DNA of 64,000 nt from Perkinsela sp. CCAP 1560/9 (Eukaryota; Protista; Euglenozoa: Kinetoplastea): NCBI GenBank assembly GCA_965644495.1, contig CBFFSA010000002.1, positions 124,001-188,000 of the forward strand, given 5' to 3'. Shown here piece after piece: positions 1 through 11,325 of the stretch. Every line of letters begins with the position of its first letter. Positions within the stretch are counted from its first letter, which is position 1. The notes beneath the pieces are model-generated. The model did no database searches, had not been told where the DNA came from, and was given only the letters and a program-made list of their open reading frames with translations. Both the position numbers and the translations under genes were made by a program.

Positions 1-28
1 AACTAAGAAGAATAGATCTCTTGTTTTC

Positions 29-646
29 TTATCCCAGTCGCAAAACAACACGGGGTGGAACAAAAGCATCCTTAGGAACGACTTGTGCCCCCAAAATGTC
101 CAAACGCTTCAAGCGCGTGGGCAATAAAAGAAAGTTGATTTCCCCAACAAAAGAGTTACCACTCAGGCTAAGAATTTCTAATGTGCTGGGAAGCTGTGTA
201 AGATCTAGCGTACCTGAGAAAAAGTTTTCTTTCAAGTCAAGCAATCGCAGCTCAGGAGGCAGCACCGTCATATCCAGCTCTCCATGGTACTGTGCATGAA
301 ACACGGAAAACAACACGAGTGTTCGGGGAAGCACTCCAAGAGGTAACGGGCCGTTTAAGTAGTTGACGCGAAAAAATTGCTCGTAACGTCCAGCGCCTAA
401 GTTTATGTGCGTTACGTGCGGTGGTGTGTGTTCCCACCGCACACTACCGCGTAGGAGCATTCCCTGCCACGAAATATGCGAAACGACGCGGGAATCGACA
501 CATTTCACACCCAACCAAGAGCACACAGGGGTGTGCGTCGTCCAGCTTTCGTGTGGATTCGCAATAGGCTGAATAAAATAAGCCATCTCGTACTCAGGTG
601 GCAGGGAGTTGCCTCGGATGCGACAAGGGCGTATAAAGTCATTCAT
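29..646 (-). CDS. Short leucine-rich repeat protein (LRRNT_2-like cap + LRRs), dispersed family member 1
   Basis: RPCRIRGNSLPPEY N-terminal motif, W-x4-P-x-C-x-W-x-GV-x-C cap, repeats of LPxxLxxLxLxxNxFxGxLDL. Confidence 0.85.
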   Translation of the reverse strand: MNDFIRPCRIRGNSLPPEYEMAYFIQPIANPHESWTTHTPVCSWLGVKCVDSRVVSHISWQGMLLRGSVRWEHTPPHVTHINLGAGRYEQFFRVNYLNGPLPLGVLPRTLVLFSVFHAQYHGELDMTVLPPELRLLDLKENFFSGTLDLTQLPSTLEILSLSGNSFVGEINFLLLPTRLKRLDILGAQVVPKDAFVPPRVVLRLG

Positions 647-1467
647 GCTGATTTTCTTAGAACAAAGAATGACACTACGTGTATTGGCAAAAAATTACTG
701 TTGTAATTGTAATGAATCCACATATCAGGGACAATTTCCACAAAAAAGTTTCAATATTTATTGTCCCTAGTTGTTTCAACAATGGTTTGAGCCACCTGGG
801 TTCCTGCCTGTCGCAGGAATTAAAATAACGGAAAATAGGTATACAAATAACATACAGTAGTGTATGTAGATAAATTTTTGTTTTTGAAAAAAGCGTCAAG
901 TTAAAAAGATGTGAAAAAGGCGAATTAACCTTTTCTTTGACCTGAGCGTCCAACACCTCTCCTCATTAAGAACATGTGGCGAGCTCTGGATGAACAAGTA
1001 AAGTCTGCCTTATCGACCGAGCGCGAAGAATTTTGCGCGGGTTCAGGTGCTGTCTTCACCCCCGTCATTGCAGACGGGGTGACCGAGGGAGTCGCCACCA
1101 GCGACCTTGCAGAAGTCTTCTGTGGGTCACACTGGGTAGCACAGCGTACGCAAGATTACAATGGGTAACTATAGAATCTCCAAAGATTGCGCTCGTGTAT
1201 GTAATGCATAAATGTACTGCATGTAAGGGAGATACAACGTCATACAGTATGTTACTAACCGTTGCCAACATTATCTTGTGTGATTCTGACAAAAAGTACT
1301 TTGCGATAGTTTTTCAGAAAGCAAAATGCTGCATTTTTCATGAACAAAAGTAATTTCGAAACAACTGCGTCAAACAGTGTGATCATCACGATAGATACTT
1401 AATAGTAGTAATTAATAATAAACCAAAGTACCAGTAGTAATACAGTAGTACTTAGAGGGCTGTAGAT

Positions 1468-1574
1468 ACTTAGAGGGCTGAAACTAGAGATTTACGATCC
1501 CGGCCGATCCCACCGGTCCTGGTTGAATTTACGTGGAAGAAAAGATTTGGTGAAAACGCGAGTTCTAGAAATTC
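1468..1574 (+). repeat. Dispersed direct repeat (~100 bp), second copy at 2533-2628
   Basis: ACTTAGAGGGCT..ACGATCCCGGCCGATCCCACCGGTCCTGGT..GTTCTAGAAATTC occurs twice, nearly identical. Confidence 0.9.
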
Positions 1575-1651
1575 GACGAAAGAAAGAGCAACTATTTTTG
1601 AGGAAACTCATTCAATTGTTAAAAATCAAAAACAATGTGCATATGAAGGTA

Positions 1652-2382
1652 CTGACCACCCCACTTAAACGCAACCAGGTTTTGGCCTAAAATTGCGCAT
1701 AAACAGCCCCATAAAAGGGGGTGAAAAAATTTTTTTGCGACGCTTCGCGGCGCGTGTTTCTATCATGAGTTATATACGCGGGGTACCCTTCGGGGCTGCT
1801 TTTTGTATACTATCCCCCCTAGCAATCCGCTTTCTGCTTTTGGTCTTGTTCCCCCTTCTTCCTCTACGGTCCTCCAAAGTCGATATCAAAAGCGATGTCC
1901 CATTCTTCTGACACGGATCGTTGCATGTATAAGAATGATTTATGTGGCGCGATAGTGTCTGAGGTACATGAATGGGTTGGAACCGCAGCCATTCCAAAAG
2001 CCAAAGTTTCGGATGTATTCAGCGTGAAGTTAGAAGTTTTTATCAAGGGTCGTCAAGATACCTGCGATAAAGACAGCAAGGAAGCCCTGTAAAACAGACT
2101 TAGACTGATGTACAGTACAGTATGCAGACTCGCCGTACAGATCGGTGGAGGTCAGTGTGGATCAGAGGAGATCTCTAGAGATCGATGAAGATAATTCTCG
2201 AACTCCCCAAAGGGACTACCTGCAGACTCTCCATTTCAACAGAGGTGAAAATCTGTACAAAAATTCGTACCCCCCAAAAAAATGCCCGCCGCTTTGCGGC
2301 GCTGTTATTCTGAACGATGCGTCAAAATTGCGCTTAAGTGGCCGGGTCAAACGGTTGCGCATAAGTAGAGGGGGGGGGACAG
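1652..2382. mobile_element. TA-flanked non-autonomous TIR element (MITE-like)
   Basis: TA|CTGACCACCCCACTTAAACGCAACC ... GGTTGCGCATAAGTAGAGGGGGGGGGACAG|TA; related ends at ~6200-6263 and 45409-45588. Confidence 0.7.
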
Positions 2383-2415
2383 TAGGAGAAACTAAACAAA
2401 AAGTGGAATCTTTAC

Positions 2416-2512
2416 GGTGGAATCTCCCTTTTTTCCCCCAATTTTTGTTTCTAAAAAAATACTCCAATGCTTTTTCGAGTTCAGCGATTTTACAATCCTT
2501 CTAGATTGGTAT
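2416..2512 (+). repeat. Dispersed repeat, diverged second copy at ~45884-45980
   Basis: GGTGGAAT..CCCTTTT..CCCCCAATT..TCGAGTTCAGCGATTT.ACA.TCC.T..A.ATTGGT shared by both loci. Confidence 0.7.
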
Positions 2513-3282
2513 TGGCGAAAGAGAAGACTTTGACTTAGAGGGCTAAAACGATCCCGGCCGATCCCACCGGTCCTGGTAGAATTTACGTGGAAGAAAAGAC
2601 TTGGTGAAAACGCAAGTTCTAGAAATTCTCAGCTAGGACAATAAATAAACCAAGCATACGACCAGTTGCCATAGGGGAAGTGCTAATGAAATTGGCTGGG
2701 TGCATTCTCGTTCAAAGATATGAAAATATGCTGGGAACACTTTTCGTACCACTACAGCATGGCGTGCTCTCGAAAGCAGGTTGCAAACGATTCGTTCACA
2801 CACTAAATGAGGGAGTTGCTATGCCCTGTCCATGGTATCATGTTCAGGGGAACATCAACTCCCCATTATCTCGGCGTAGTAAACACGCCTTGGCTTGCCT
2901 GGCACTACGATTGCCGAAAAAAATATATTTTCGGTTCATTTCGCAGCCCAGTCGCTTCCCACTTAAGGGGCCCGCTCCCACAACCGAGTGATCTCCCCGG
3001 CAGCTCGGTTTTACTCATGCGTCGAGAAGGCTGGGGTGTGAGACCAGGGTGCATTTATAGAAAATTTTCGGAAGAAGAAATACGAAGGAAATTTTACTGC
3101 ATAATGGAGTAGAAAACTTTGAGTGCAATAGAACAAAGGGTTGGCGTAAACCTTTGGTTAACGTTTTTTCTTTTGGGGGGGGATTTACTTTCTTTGCCAT
3201 TCCTCATGCTATCCACTCATAAATTTTACTAATTACTCTAGATTCGTGTGTTTGTTTCCTCCAGTTACGCTTTCTATAATTC

Positions 3283-3867
3283 TTACATAGGGTCTACATG
3301 TACATCGCCAGCTCTTAGAGCTGAGTTCAGGAGTGCTTCTTTTATGTCATAATTATGCTCTTCTCGAGTCAACCCGTCCGCTGGGTTTTCTTTAGATTTA
3401 ATATGGAAAATTCGAAAAGAATGTCCATGTTTCCCTATCTGTCCATGCATTTCCGTGATCTCATTACACATCGATCTCCTAACTGATGTACGCCCCGATT
3501 CTGATGGTATTTCACTCTGGTGAAACCAGTGTCGCATATCAGCGGATAAAAAGTTTACGTTGGGGAAATTTTCTATTACATGGATAATTTCAGCGATAGC
3601 TGGAAAATTCAAGCAAGGAGGGCGATTGCACATCTCATTTAGTGGTGTTCCATCCGCAATACTTCTTGACAATTCCTCCCCTTTTGATGCCTCGAAGTAA
3701 CGTAAATATAAACGTGATGATGATCGAGAGTCGTGTGCCACACGTAGCACCCCGCATTCCACGAGTTCTAATAAATGTTGTAACCAAACCCCGGAGGCTA
3801 GTTTCCTTATTTTCCCGTGAAAAGGGGGACAATTTATCCATTCAATAAAATTTTGGGTACTTTTCAA
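3283..3867 (-). pseudogene. Internally deleted reverse transcriptase-RNase H (DIRS/VIPER- or LTR-like)
   Basis: YFEASKGEELSRSIADGTPLN (RT motifs 1-2) and FLSADMRHWFHQ (motif A), followed soon after by HIKSKENPADGLTR (RNase H C-terminal motif); the YxDD motif is missing. Confidence 0.7.
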
Positions 3868-4130
3868 TGCCGTGCAACATTTGATACCCCATGGTAAACC
3901 ATGTTTTAGGTGTGTTGATGTAAAGAAACCAAGTTGCTCCTTCAGTATTTATGATGAATCTTCGTTAACAAAGAATATATCGGGTATAAATGCATCAAGC
4001 AAAGCAACCGTTTGCTTTTTTTTTCTAGTTTTCTTTTTTCTCTCTCCACCGAATAAGCACTAACGCGTTCACTATCGTCGGTCTGAATTTCTGATTCAAT
4101 ATTCCTACTAGGCGAGATATCCTGAAAAGC

Positions 4131-4399
4131 CGTATTCCGAGCGTCAACCCGAGATGTCCGGTGTGTGCCTCGATACTTCCGTATGGGGGGATCTATAACG
4201 CACCAACAATACTCCCCCCCTTTGTTTTCTCTCCCCCGAACACTCCATATTTTTCAACTTCATATTCGTATTCCGAGCGTCAACCCGAGACGTCCGGTGT
4301 GTGCCTCGATACTTCCATATGGGGGGATCTATAACGCACCAACATTACTCCTCCCCCTTTGTTTTCTCGCCCCCAAACACTCCATATTTTTCAACTTCA
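4131..4399 (+). repeat. Tandem duplication, ~136-bp unit x2
   Basis: CGTATTCCGAGCGTCAACCCGAGA... starts at 4131 and at 4267. Confidence 0.9.
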
Positions 4400-4575
4400 A
4401 ATCTTCTTAGGGGGGAGGACTCCCGTTACCATGCCTCAAGTGAGGATTAAGGAACTAAGGTTTTTTTTCGGGAATCGTAGTGCCAGGCAAGCCAAGGCGT
4501 GTTTACTACGCCGAGATAATGGGGGGTCGCTGTTCCCCTGAACATGATACCATGGACAGGGCATAGCAACTCCCT

Positions 4576-5205
4576 CATTATCACTCCTTCGTAAGCACCA
4601 TGTTACCGGGACCAAGCCCTAGGTGCCAGGCATGCCATAGCACGTCACAACTTCCCACCCTCTCCCTTCTGTTTTTATTCTGTTTTCACTTCATTAAAAA
4701 AACATGCTGGAGAGGAGGATGTATAGCGCAAATGGAACGGCAAGTGTGCACCGAAGGACACGGAGCCCATGGGCCTCCCAGCACGAATGCTGGGGCGGTG
4801 GTACCCCGAAGGGTACGGAGCCCATGGGCCTCGTTACAGAGGATGTATAAATGCAACGGCAAGTGTGCCCCGAAGGACACGGAGCCCATGGGCCTCCCAG
4901 CACGACTGCTGGGGCAGTGATACCCGAAGGGTACGGAGCCCATGGGCCTTGTTACAGATGATGAAGTACTGCCAGGCCGGGACCAAGCGAATTGATGCGT
5001 GACATTTTCAGGCGTGTATGATTGTTTAGTTAAATGTTTAGCTAAATGTAGCAGTTATACTGGATACTAGAAACAAGTAGTTCAATTATATTTAGTTTAT
5101 AATCGTGCTATAGATGTATTGAAATCTTCACCCTCACACTCCGCCGAATATGGCGGTGCCGGGCTTGGGACCGGTAACAAGCGTGTTTACGAAGGAGTGA
5201 TAATG
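4576..5205. mobile_element. TIR element with internal tandem hairpin array
   Basis: CATTATCACTCCTTCGTAAGCACCATGTTACCGG ... CCGGTAACAAGCGTGTTTACGAAGGAGTGATAATG; internal 119-bp unit x2 (4736, 4855). Confidence 0.75.
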
Positions 5206-6689
5206 TTAAAAAATAATGGGTAACCGGAACTATAAATGTAGGTTAAAATCCATTTTTTTCTGATGATTTTTTTCCGCTCGAAAAAACTTTTACGTGACTT
5301 TTTAAAACGTTTCCACTCGTACTCATGACGTTCCAACTTATATTTCAATGCTTGGAATACTCAATGGACCGCCCAGGATATACTACATTGGTCTACTACA
5401 TGTACATGTAGTACATGTAGTACTACTACATGTACATTGGTCTACTTGGTATTGGTGACCTGTAAAAAGGATAAGGTGCGCTCCCAGGCGCTCCCGGACA
5501 CTCCCATCCAGTTTGAACCCTCTTGGAAGCCACCACGGCTACTCCCTTCGCGTTGAGAACTGCTTCAGCGTTTAATGAAGGGACTAAAAAGGAAAAAATT
5601 GCGAAACGGTCCAGAATAATCCAACTTTTGGTACAAATACCCGATTCTCCCCATATTTCGTATTCTCCCCATATTTCGGACGTTTTTTGGGGTCTTACCA
5701 TTAGAGGTAGGGGGCACATCTGATCGAAAAAACGTGTGGTCTGGTAAGTAAGCAAAAAGAAAAAATAAGAAAAGAGATCAACGAAAGATCAAATTTTTTT
5801 TCCTGAGTCCTTTTGGGAAAGATTGTTCAAACAAATTTTACTTATTTTCAACCTACATTTATAGTGCCGGTGAACCAAAATAATTTACAAGCAGTCTCCT
5901 TTTTAGAACAACTTCACTTTTAGTCATTTTCTGTTTCTTTTAACGAATCGTAACTACAATATGCAAATGCACAGAATCGTCAAACATGTTGCATCCCATC
6001 CCATCCCACCCCCCCCGCACTTACCGAGGACACGAAGGTGAGGAACAGTTTGGAGACGGCACCGATTAGAAGATGACTCACGAAACATAAGTACACAACA
6101 TAAATGCTAAGAAGCACAGATGCTATCCGCGCCGCGAAGCTGCGCGACTTTTTTTTATTTTTTTTGCCCGAAATATCTTTTCCCCTTGAGATATTTCTGA
6201 CCAGGCTCCTTAAGCGCAATTTTCGGCCAAAACCCGGTTGCGCTTAAGTGGGGGGGGGGGCAGTATATAGCTGCCCCCCCACTGGGCTGTATACTGTCCC
6301 CTTCGTAAATAATTATAAATTTGCCAGAATTTATAACGCTGCCATATTTATACTGTGCCCCCCCACTTAATTGTCGTAGTCCCACCCGCACCACCTAATT
6401 GTCCTTTTTGGCGAAGCGGCGCCGGATTTCTTTTTTGGGGGGGGCTCAAATTTTTCCCTACGAACCTGATACATACAGTATATCAGGACCCGACGTAAGT
6501 TTGTATTTATATACTGTCTAGTTCAAGTTTTTCATGTCAAAATACGCTATACCTACGTTTCTAACTTTTTTTCGGTTACTTCCTTTGTATGGTTACTTCC
6601 TTTGTATAGTTATTCACCCCCGCCACCTCTCCCTTCTCCCCTCCCTGCGAACCGTCATTGTCCTCCAACACGGGGGTGTCGCTCGCGCC

Positions 6690-6905
6690 ACCCCCGCTAA
6701 ATAGGGGGGGAAGGTGGTAGTTGTTTTGGAGAATATGAGAGGCCGAACGCACGGAGGGGCCGGCCGGGCCAAAGAAGCTAGATCTTGTTTACCCGTCCGC
6801 GACATAAACCGGCTGATAAATTACCTTTGCTCCCGGTAAGGCCACGGAGTTGCGAGAGGCCTCCATACCCCACAACTGCCACCTTCCCCCCTATTTAGCG
6901 GGGGT
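6690..6905. mobile_element. Small inverted-repeat element (~34-bp IR)
   Basis: ACCCCCGCTAAATAGGGGGGGAAGGTGGTAGTTG ... CAACTGCCACCTTCCCCCCTATTTAGCGGGGGT. Confidence 0.7.
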
Positions 6906-6906
6906 T

Positions 6907-7306
6907 GCGCACTGAGAACCTAGTATGTCTCGAGAAGTCTAGTATGTCACTGCGAACCTGTATGTCTACCCCTTCCGCAGGATTGTCCAGAGTCAAGGCC
7001 CAACTGTGAGCGAAGCCCACTTCTGGAGGCAAAAGCCCCCATTTGCGAGCAAGGACCAACTGTGAGCGTAGCCCTGGGACAGAGTTATATTTTTTGGCAA
7101 CCCGCGCGCTCCAGCGCGCGGGTCGCACACTGAGAACCTATGTCTACCCCTTCCGCAGAATTGGCCAGAGGCAAGGCCCAACTGTGCGAAGCCCACTTCT
7201 GGAGGCAAAAGCCCTCTTTTGCGAGCAAGGCCCAACCGTGAGCGAACCCCACTTCTGGAGGCAAAAGCTCCAGCGCGCGGGTCGCGCACTGAGAATCTAT
7301 GTCTAG
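6907..7306 (+). repeat. Complex modular tandem repeat
   Basis: Shuffled modules CAAGG(C/A)CCAAC(T/C)GTG x4, CCCACTTCTGGAGGCAAAAGC x3, CACTGAGAA(C/T)CTA x3, GCTCCAGCGCGCGGGTCGC x2. Confidence 0.8.
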
Positions 7307-7438
7307 GATTGTGCAACGCGGACAAACAGCGCGGGTGAGCTCACAGAGAAGTTGAAAGCTGTGTGACTTAATTTACCCGTCCGGAGGAGCTCCACCACTG
7401 ATAAGTATGGCGGGGGAAGATTTATGGATGGGAGGCGA

Positions 7439-7495
7439 TTTTTCTGTCCAAAGGCACTTTATTTGTCCAAAGGCATTTTATCTGTCCAAAGGCAT
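7439..7495 (+). repeat. 19-bp tandem repeat x3
   Basis: TGTCCAAAGGCA core repeated three times at 19-bp spacing. Confidence 0.85.
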
Positions 7496-7670
7496 CGGTC
7501 CTGTCCGGTCGCCATGAAAACGAAAGCACAATGGAGCGTATGTAGACAGTAGAAAAAGTACGTCAGCATTCTTTTCAAAATTACAGTTGAATATTCCATA
7601 TTTTGGGGATTGTGCGATGTGGCTGAGACTTTGTGAAAATAGGAAACGAGATAAAAAGAGTTCACCAGCT

Positions 7671-10600
7671 CTAAAGTTCTATGGTTGGCTTTAATGCTTT
7701 CCACGAATGTACTCTACATCGTCCGGAAGGAAGTAGAGGAATGATGTCATTTTCTTCCCAGTTTCTAATTTGAGATAACAATTGAGGTGACAATTGATGG
7801 TGCAAATCCGCTGCCTTGTACAGCTGTTGAAGTATCTTTTTTGAAAGCAAAGATTTTTTTGAGTCGCATCTTTCTGGACTGAGTCGGACGGCAAGAGAAA
7901 CGTTCGAACGGACGATTGTAAGCCAAGGTAAACAAACGGGAATGGCAACACTAGTCTCACCAATAGAAGAGACCGCCTCCGATTCTTGTGACGGGATTAT
8001 GAATGTAGAAGAACCGAAAAACAGTTTCTCTTCATTCGATAAAAAGAAAGAGGTATTTTGACTAACAATGCTGTTCAATGCTAATCTTTCGGGTCTTTTG
8101 TAAATTCTATTATTCTCAACATCGTGATCATCTACAATCGGGGTTGATTCGTTCATATTTCGTTCCATATCAATGCTGATTTTTACATCTTGTTCTGTGG
8201 AAAGAGAAGCATTCACATGATTCTTTTCTATTGGTTGCTCTGGTGTGGAGTTAACTCCCCACTGCTCCTTATGTTTCGCAATTTTCTTTAGTTTAGTCTT
8301 ACTGATGCCTTTCTTTTGCAAAATTCTCTTCGTGTCTTCAGTCGCAGGATTTAGCTCGGTGTTACCCGTCCTTGGATTCAAAAAAATTAGAGAATGAGCA
8401 CTAGAATCATGTACCGGCGATTTCTTGCGAAATTGAGTCCCATTTTCATTTGACAATCTGTGTTTTATTGGCGGAGAGGGAGTTTCCTTTGGAAGACACA
8501 ATGCTGTACACCCTAGTTCCAGAGCCATAATGTTCTCTCGCTCTATTTCACCAGTAAAAGTAAGCGTAAGATTGAAAGATACTTTTTTATTTGACACCGA
8601 TTGCTTGCCTGGCCCAGGCTCCAATGCATTTACATCTTGTGTTGTTTCCAACCTAGCATGCTTAGCCCAAGAAAAGACAACCTGCCTTTCGGTAGAGCAG
8701 ATCGATAGTTTGCGTTGCTTTTTATCCCACATGGAGGAGTAACATGCGGAAAATATTGCTGCTTCTTCTAGAGAGTGTAAAATCATGGGTTTCACGACAT
8801 TCAAAGCTAAATCCTGACCAATTTCGACCCCAAGGCTTGCGAAAGATAATTTTATGACTGCCAATGAAATAAACTCATGTCCTCGATTTAAGGAAAATAT
8901 AGTTGATGAGGGCGTGCTTTCCAAAGTGTTAGTATCTACTAGAAGTACAATGTCCTCCTTCGATACGTACCGCTTCCACAACAATTCATTTTGAGTTTTA
9001 TCGCGAGCTACTACTACCAGAAAATTTTGAGACGTCTTGAACCAAAGAAACTTTTCGAACCAAGCAGAGACGCGTTGGTAAAGAGGAGCCTTACGAATTT
9101 GAGTTTGTTTCCTTTGTATTTTTTGAGAAGCTAGAAAAGCGCCTTTCGCGGCCTTGCATTCAGATGCAAGCGTCTTTTCCAACTTTGCATGCTGTTTTTT
9201 TCGGACATCATAAAAGGTTTGTGCATTCTGATAGGCATTGAGGTCGACAGACAACGTTATTTCTAGGAAATCATTGTCTCGCATCTTTTCAGCCAAAACT
9301 GAGTTCATGTTTGCAGTGGCAGATGATAGTTCCTCTGAATTTTCATTTCCGGGATCTGAATAGGGCAATTTTAAAGTGATTTCACGTTTTTCAAGATTAA
9401 ATCGACACAAGCGATCAAAAAGACTATCACCTTCACGGTGTCGTCTTGCAACAAGGCGACTAATATCATCCCAAGAAATACGTCGGTTTAACGCCTCACG
9501 GAACACGGTTAGCAGTGACTCCACGACATCCATATTTTGATAGATAGTCAATGCTTGCAGTTCTCTTCTCACTTCTTCCTTTTGTAATGATTGAACCCGT
9601 CGTCGATGCTCTCGCTCAAAACGCACAATTTTTGATTCTGCTTCTGTGAATAACTTTTCACGGTGCGATTCCACGTTCCGTATTTCTTCAAAAGTATAAT
9701 AGGTATCCAGAGCATGATTTAGCGAAGATAAACGTTCTTCAATGAGCATGTTCTTTAAATGTACAATGGGAAGGAATGAGAATACTACAGGTGGATAGTT
9801 ACTCATTGTCTCTTGCGGCTGATGTGTTGATAGTTGCTTGTTCAAGTTTTGATACTCACCCTGATTCAAGGAGACTTTTTCCATCATGTCATCTGTTGTG
9901 AAGTTTTCCATTCGTTCCAGAGTATCAGGGACCTGTAACGCAGGAGAAAGAGGAGGTTCTTGGCGATTACTTTCTTGAATTTGAACACGTTTTCGATATA
10001 AAAATCCGAAAGATTTCGTTTCTGGTTCGGAAATTCGTCCTTGTATTTCTGTGGCGCAGGTCATCAATTCGAAACTAAGACTGTGGAGAAGAGAAGGGTG
10101 ACTCAGTACGGCCAAACAAGTGGTAGAGAGATCTATTGGTTGAAGACCATTTTCAGCTTCAATGCGACCAAAAGCAACGTGAAGGATGTGATCGATAAGA
10201 ACAGGTCCTAAAAATGTGGCGCGCAACAAAGCTTGGCGTAATCGCATAGAGGAATTCTCCAAAAGCACTGTTTTAAATGCATTTTCCCATTTGCACACTT
10301 TATCATTAGTAGAAATCTTTGCCTTAATAAATGGAAACATCTGATTAATCTGACTCGTTGTGACACAAGTATCGATGAGTCTGTTTGGGTCGACATTAGA
10401 AATCGCATTCCGTCCATCTGTTTCGGCGTTTATTTGCGCAGTCTTCTCGCTATCAACTTTGCGAGCACCTCGATCGACAAGTTCCGGACGGAGCGCCGCT
10501 AGTACTAAGCGATCAGCGTCCATTAAGATAACGTTACCTTTACCATAGCATTCCGTTACCAAGAAGTAGTTCGCCCCGCTTTCAAAGCCGAAAGCAAGAC

Positions 10601-10949
10601 ACACTACACGATCTCCGCGCTCAACGCAAACATCTCTTACTACAGTATTACGAAGGTGCTTTCGTAGTTTCATGGTAAATCCAGAAGGGTGCGCGTGGTC
10701 TACCCCGGTAGGCCTTTTATACCACGTACGATGAATTCGCCATCCACTTTCAAGAGCCACAGTGAACTTTTCATGTGGCACCGAACGTGAAGTAAGTTTA
10801 AATGTGTAAAAGCCGTCTCTCGAGGTGTTATCGTAGATATTGTTTACACGAGAACCGATCAAAAAGGCTTTTAATTCTTCGATAACAATCACAAGATCCG
10901 GAAGAGACATTCGTTGACGAGAACCGAGAGTCATGATATCGGTCGCCAT
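7671..10949 (-). CDS. NEMF: Ribosome quality control subunit NEMF/Rqc2 (NFACT family)
   Basis: RVNNIYD, ESGWRIH, PSGFTMKLRKHLR, DRVV, ECYGKGNVIL, NAYQNA, WFEKFLWF..VVARDKTQNELL. Confidence 0.9.
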   Translation of the reverse strand: MATDIMTLGSRQRMSLPDLVIVIEELKAFLIGSRVNNIYDNTSRDGFYTFKLTSRSVPHEKFTVALESGWRIHRTWYKRPTGVDHAHPSGFTMKLRKHLRNTVVRDVCVERGDRVVCLAFGFESGANYFLVTECYGKGNVILMDADRLVLAALRPELVDRGARKVDSEKTAQINAETDGRNAISNVDPNRLIDTCVTTSQINQMFPFIKAKISTNDKVCKWENAFKTVLLENSSMRLRQALLRATFLGPVLIDHILHVAFGRIEAENGLQPIDLSTTCLAVLSHPSLLHSLSFELMTCATEIQGRISEPETKSFGFLYRKRVQIQESNRQEPPLSPALQVPDTLERMENFTTDDMMEKVSLNQGEYQNLNKQLSTHQPQETMSNYPPVVFSFLPIVHLKNMLIEERLSSLNHALDTYYTFEEIRNVESHREKLFTEAESKIVRFEREHRRRVQSLQKEEVRRELQALTIYQNMDVVESLLTVFREALNRRISWDDISRLVARRHREGDSLFDRLCRFNLEKREITLKLPYSDPGNENSEELSSATANMNSVLAEKMRDNDFLEITLSVDLNAYQNAQTFYDVRKKQHAKLEKTLASECKAAKGAFLASQKIQRKQTQIRKAPLYQRVSAWFEKFLWFKTSQNFLVVVARDKTQNELLWKRYVSKEDIVLLVDTNTLESTPSSTIFSLNRGHEFISLAVIKLSFASLGVEIGQDLALNVVKPMILHSLEEAAIFSACYSSMWDKKQRKLSICSTERQVVFSWAKHARLETTQDVNALEPGPGKQSVSNKKVSFNLTLTFTGEIERENIMALELGCTALCLPKETPSPPIKHRLSNENGTQFRKKSPVHDSSAHSLIFLNPRTGNTELNPATEDTKRILQKKGISKTKLKKIAKHKEQWGVNSTPEQPIEKNHVNASLSTEQDVKISIDMERNMNESTPIVDDHDVENNRIYKRPERLALNSIVSQNTSFFLSNEEKLFFGSSTFIIPSQESEAVSSIGETSVAIPVCLPWLTIVRSNVSLAVRLSPERCDSKKSLLSKKILQQLYKAADLHHQLSPQLLSQIRNWEENDIIPLLPSGRCRVHSWKALKPTIEL

Positions 10950-11325
10950 TTCCCAGAAAAAAATGATATATTTTTTTAAAGATTCTCACATGTGTGGAAA
11001 ACTAAATAAATTTTAAGACGAAAAATATAGATCCGAAAATCACACAAACGAATTACTCCACCCCCCTATCTTAGCTTTACCTAGGCTACCTGAGCACCCC
11101 CTACTTTAATAAGGTTGCTTTTGAGGGACTTGACTCTTGCCGCGAATACCCCCTATTGACATTACTTTTTATGAAAAACGAGAAACGTTAGAGTAGGGGA
11201 GGAGAGCGCTTCAATTCTTCATTCTACTTTTCTATCAATGGTGATTCCTGTTGATAACCATGTTTTACTTCGTTATTATAACAATCCCGTTGGCATTGTC
11301 CGATGGTAGAATATCTAGAGATATA

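Larger units (their letters stand above)
2806..4579. mobile_element. Element bounded by 118-bp inverted repeats (2806-2923 / 4462-4579) enclosing an RT-RNase H relic
   Basis: The two arms are reverse complements with about 4 mismatches by manual comparison. Confidence 0.8.

Noticed and set aside
4714-4960. CRISPR array
   Set aside because: Inter-repeat segments are themselves repeated, there are no cas genes and the context is eukaryotic.
6907-7306. CRISPR-like array or coding ORFs (6895-7128, 6993-7325, 7043-7306)
   Set aside because: Irregular shuffled modules; the ORFs are by-products of GC-rich repeats.
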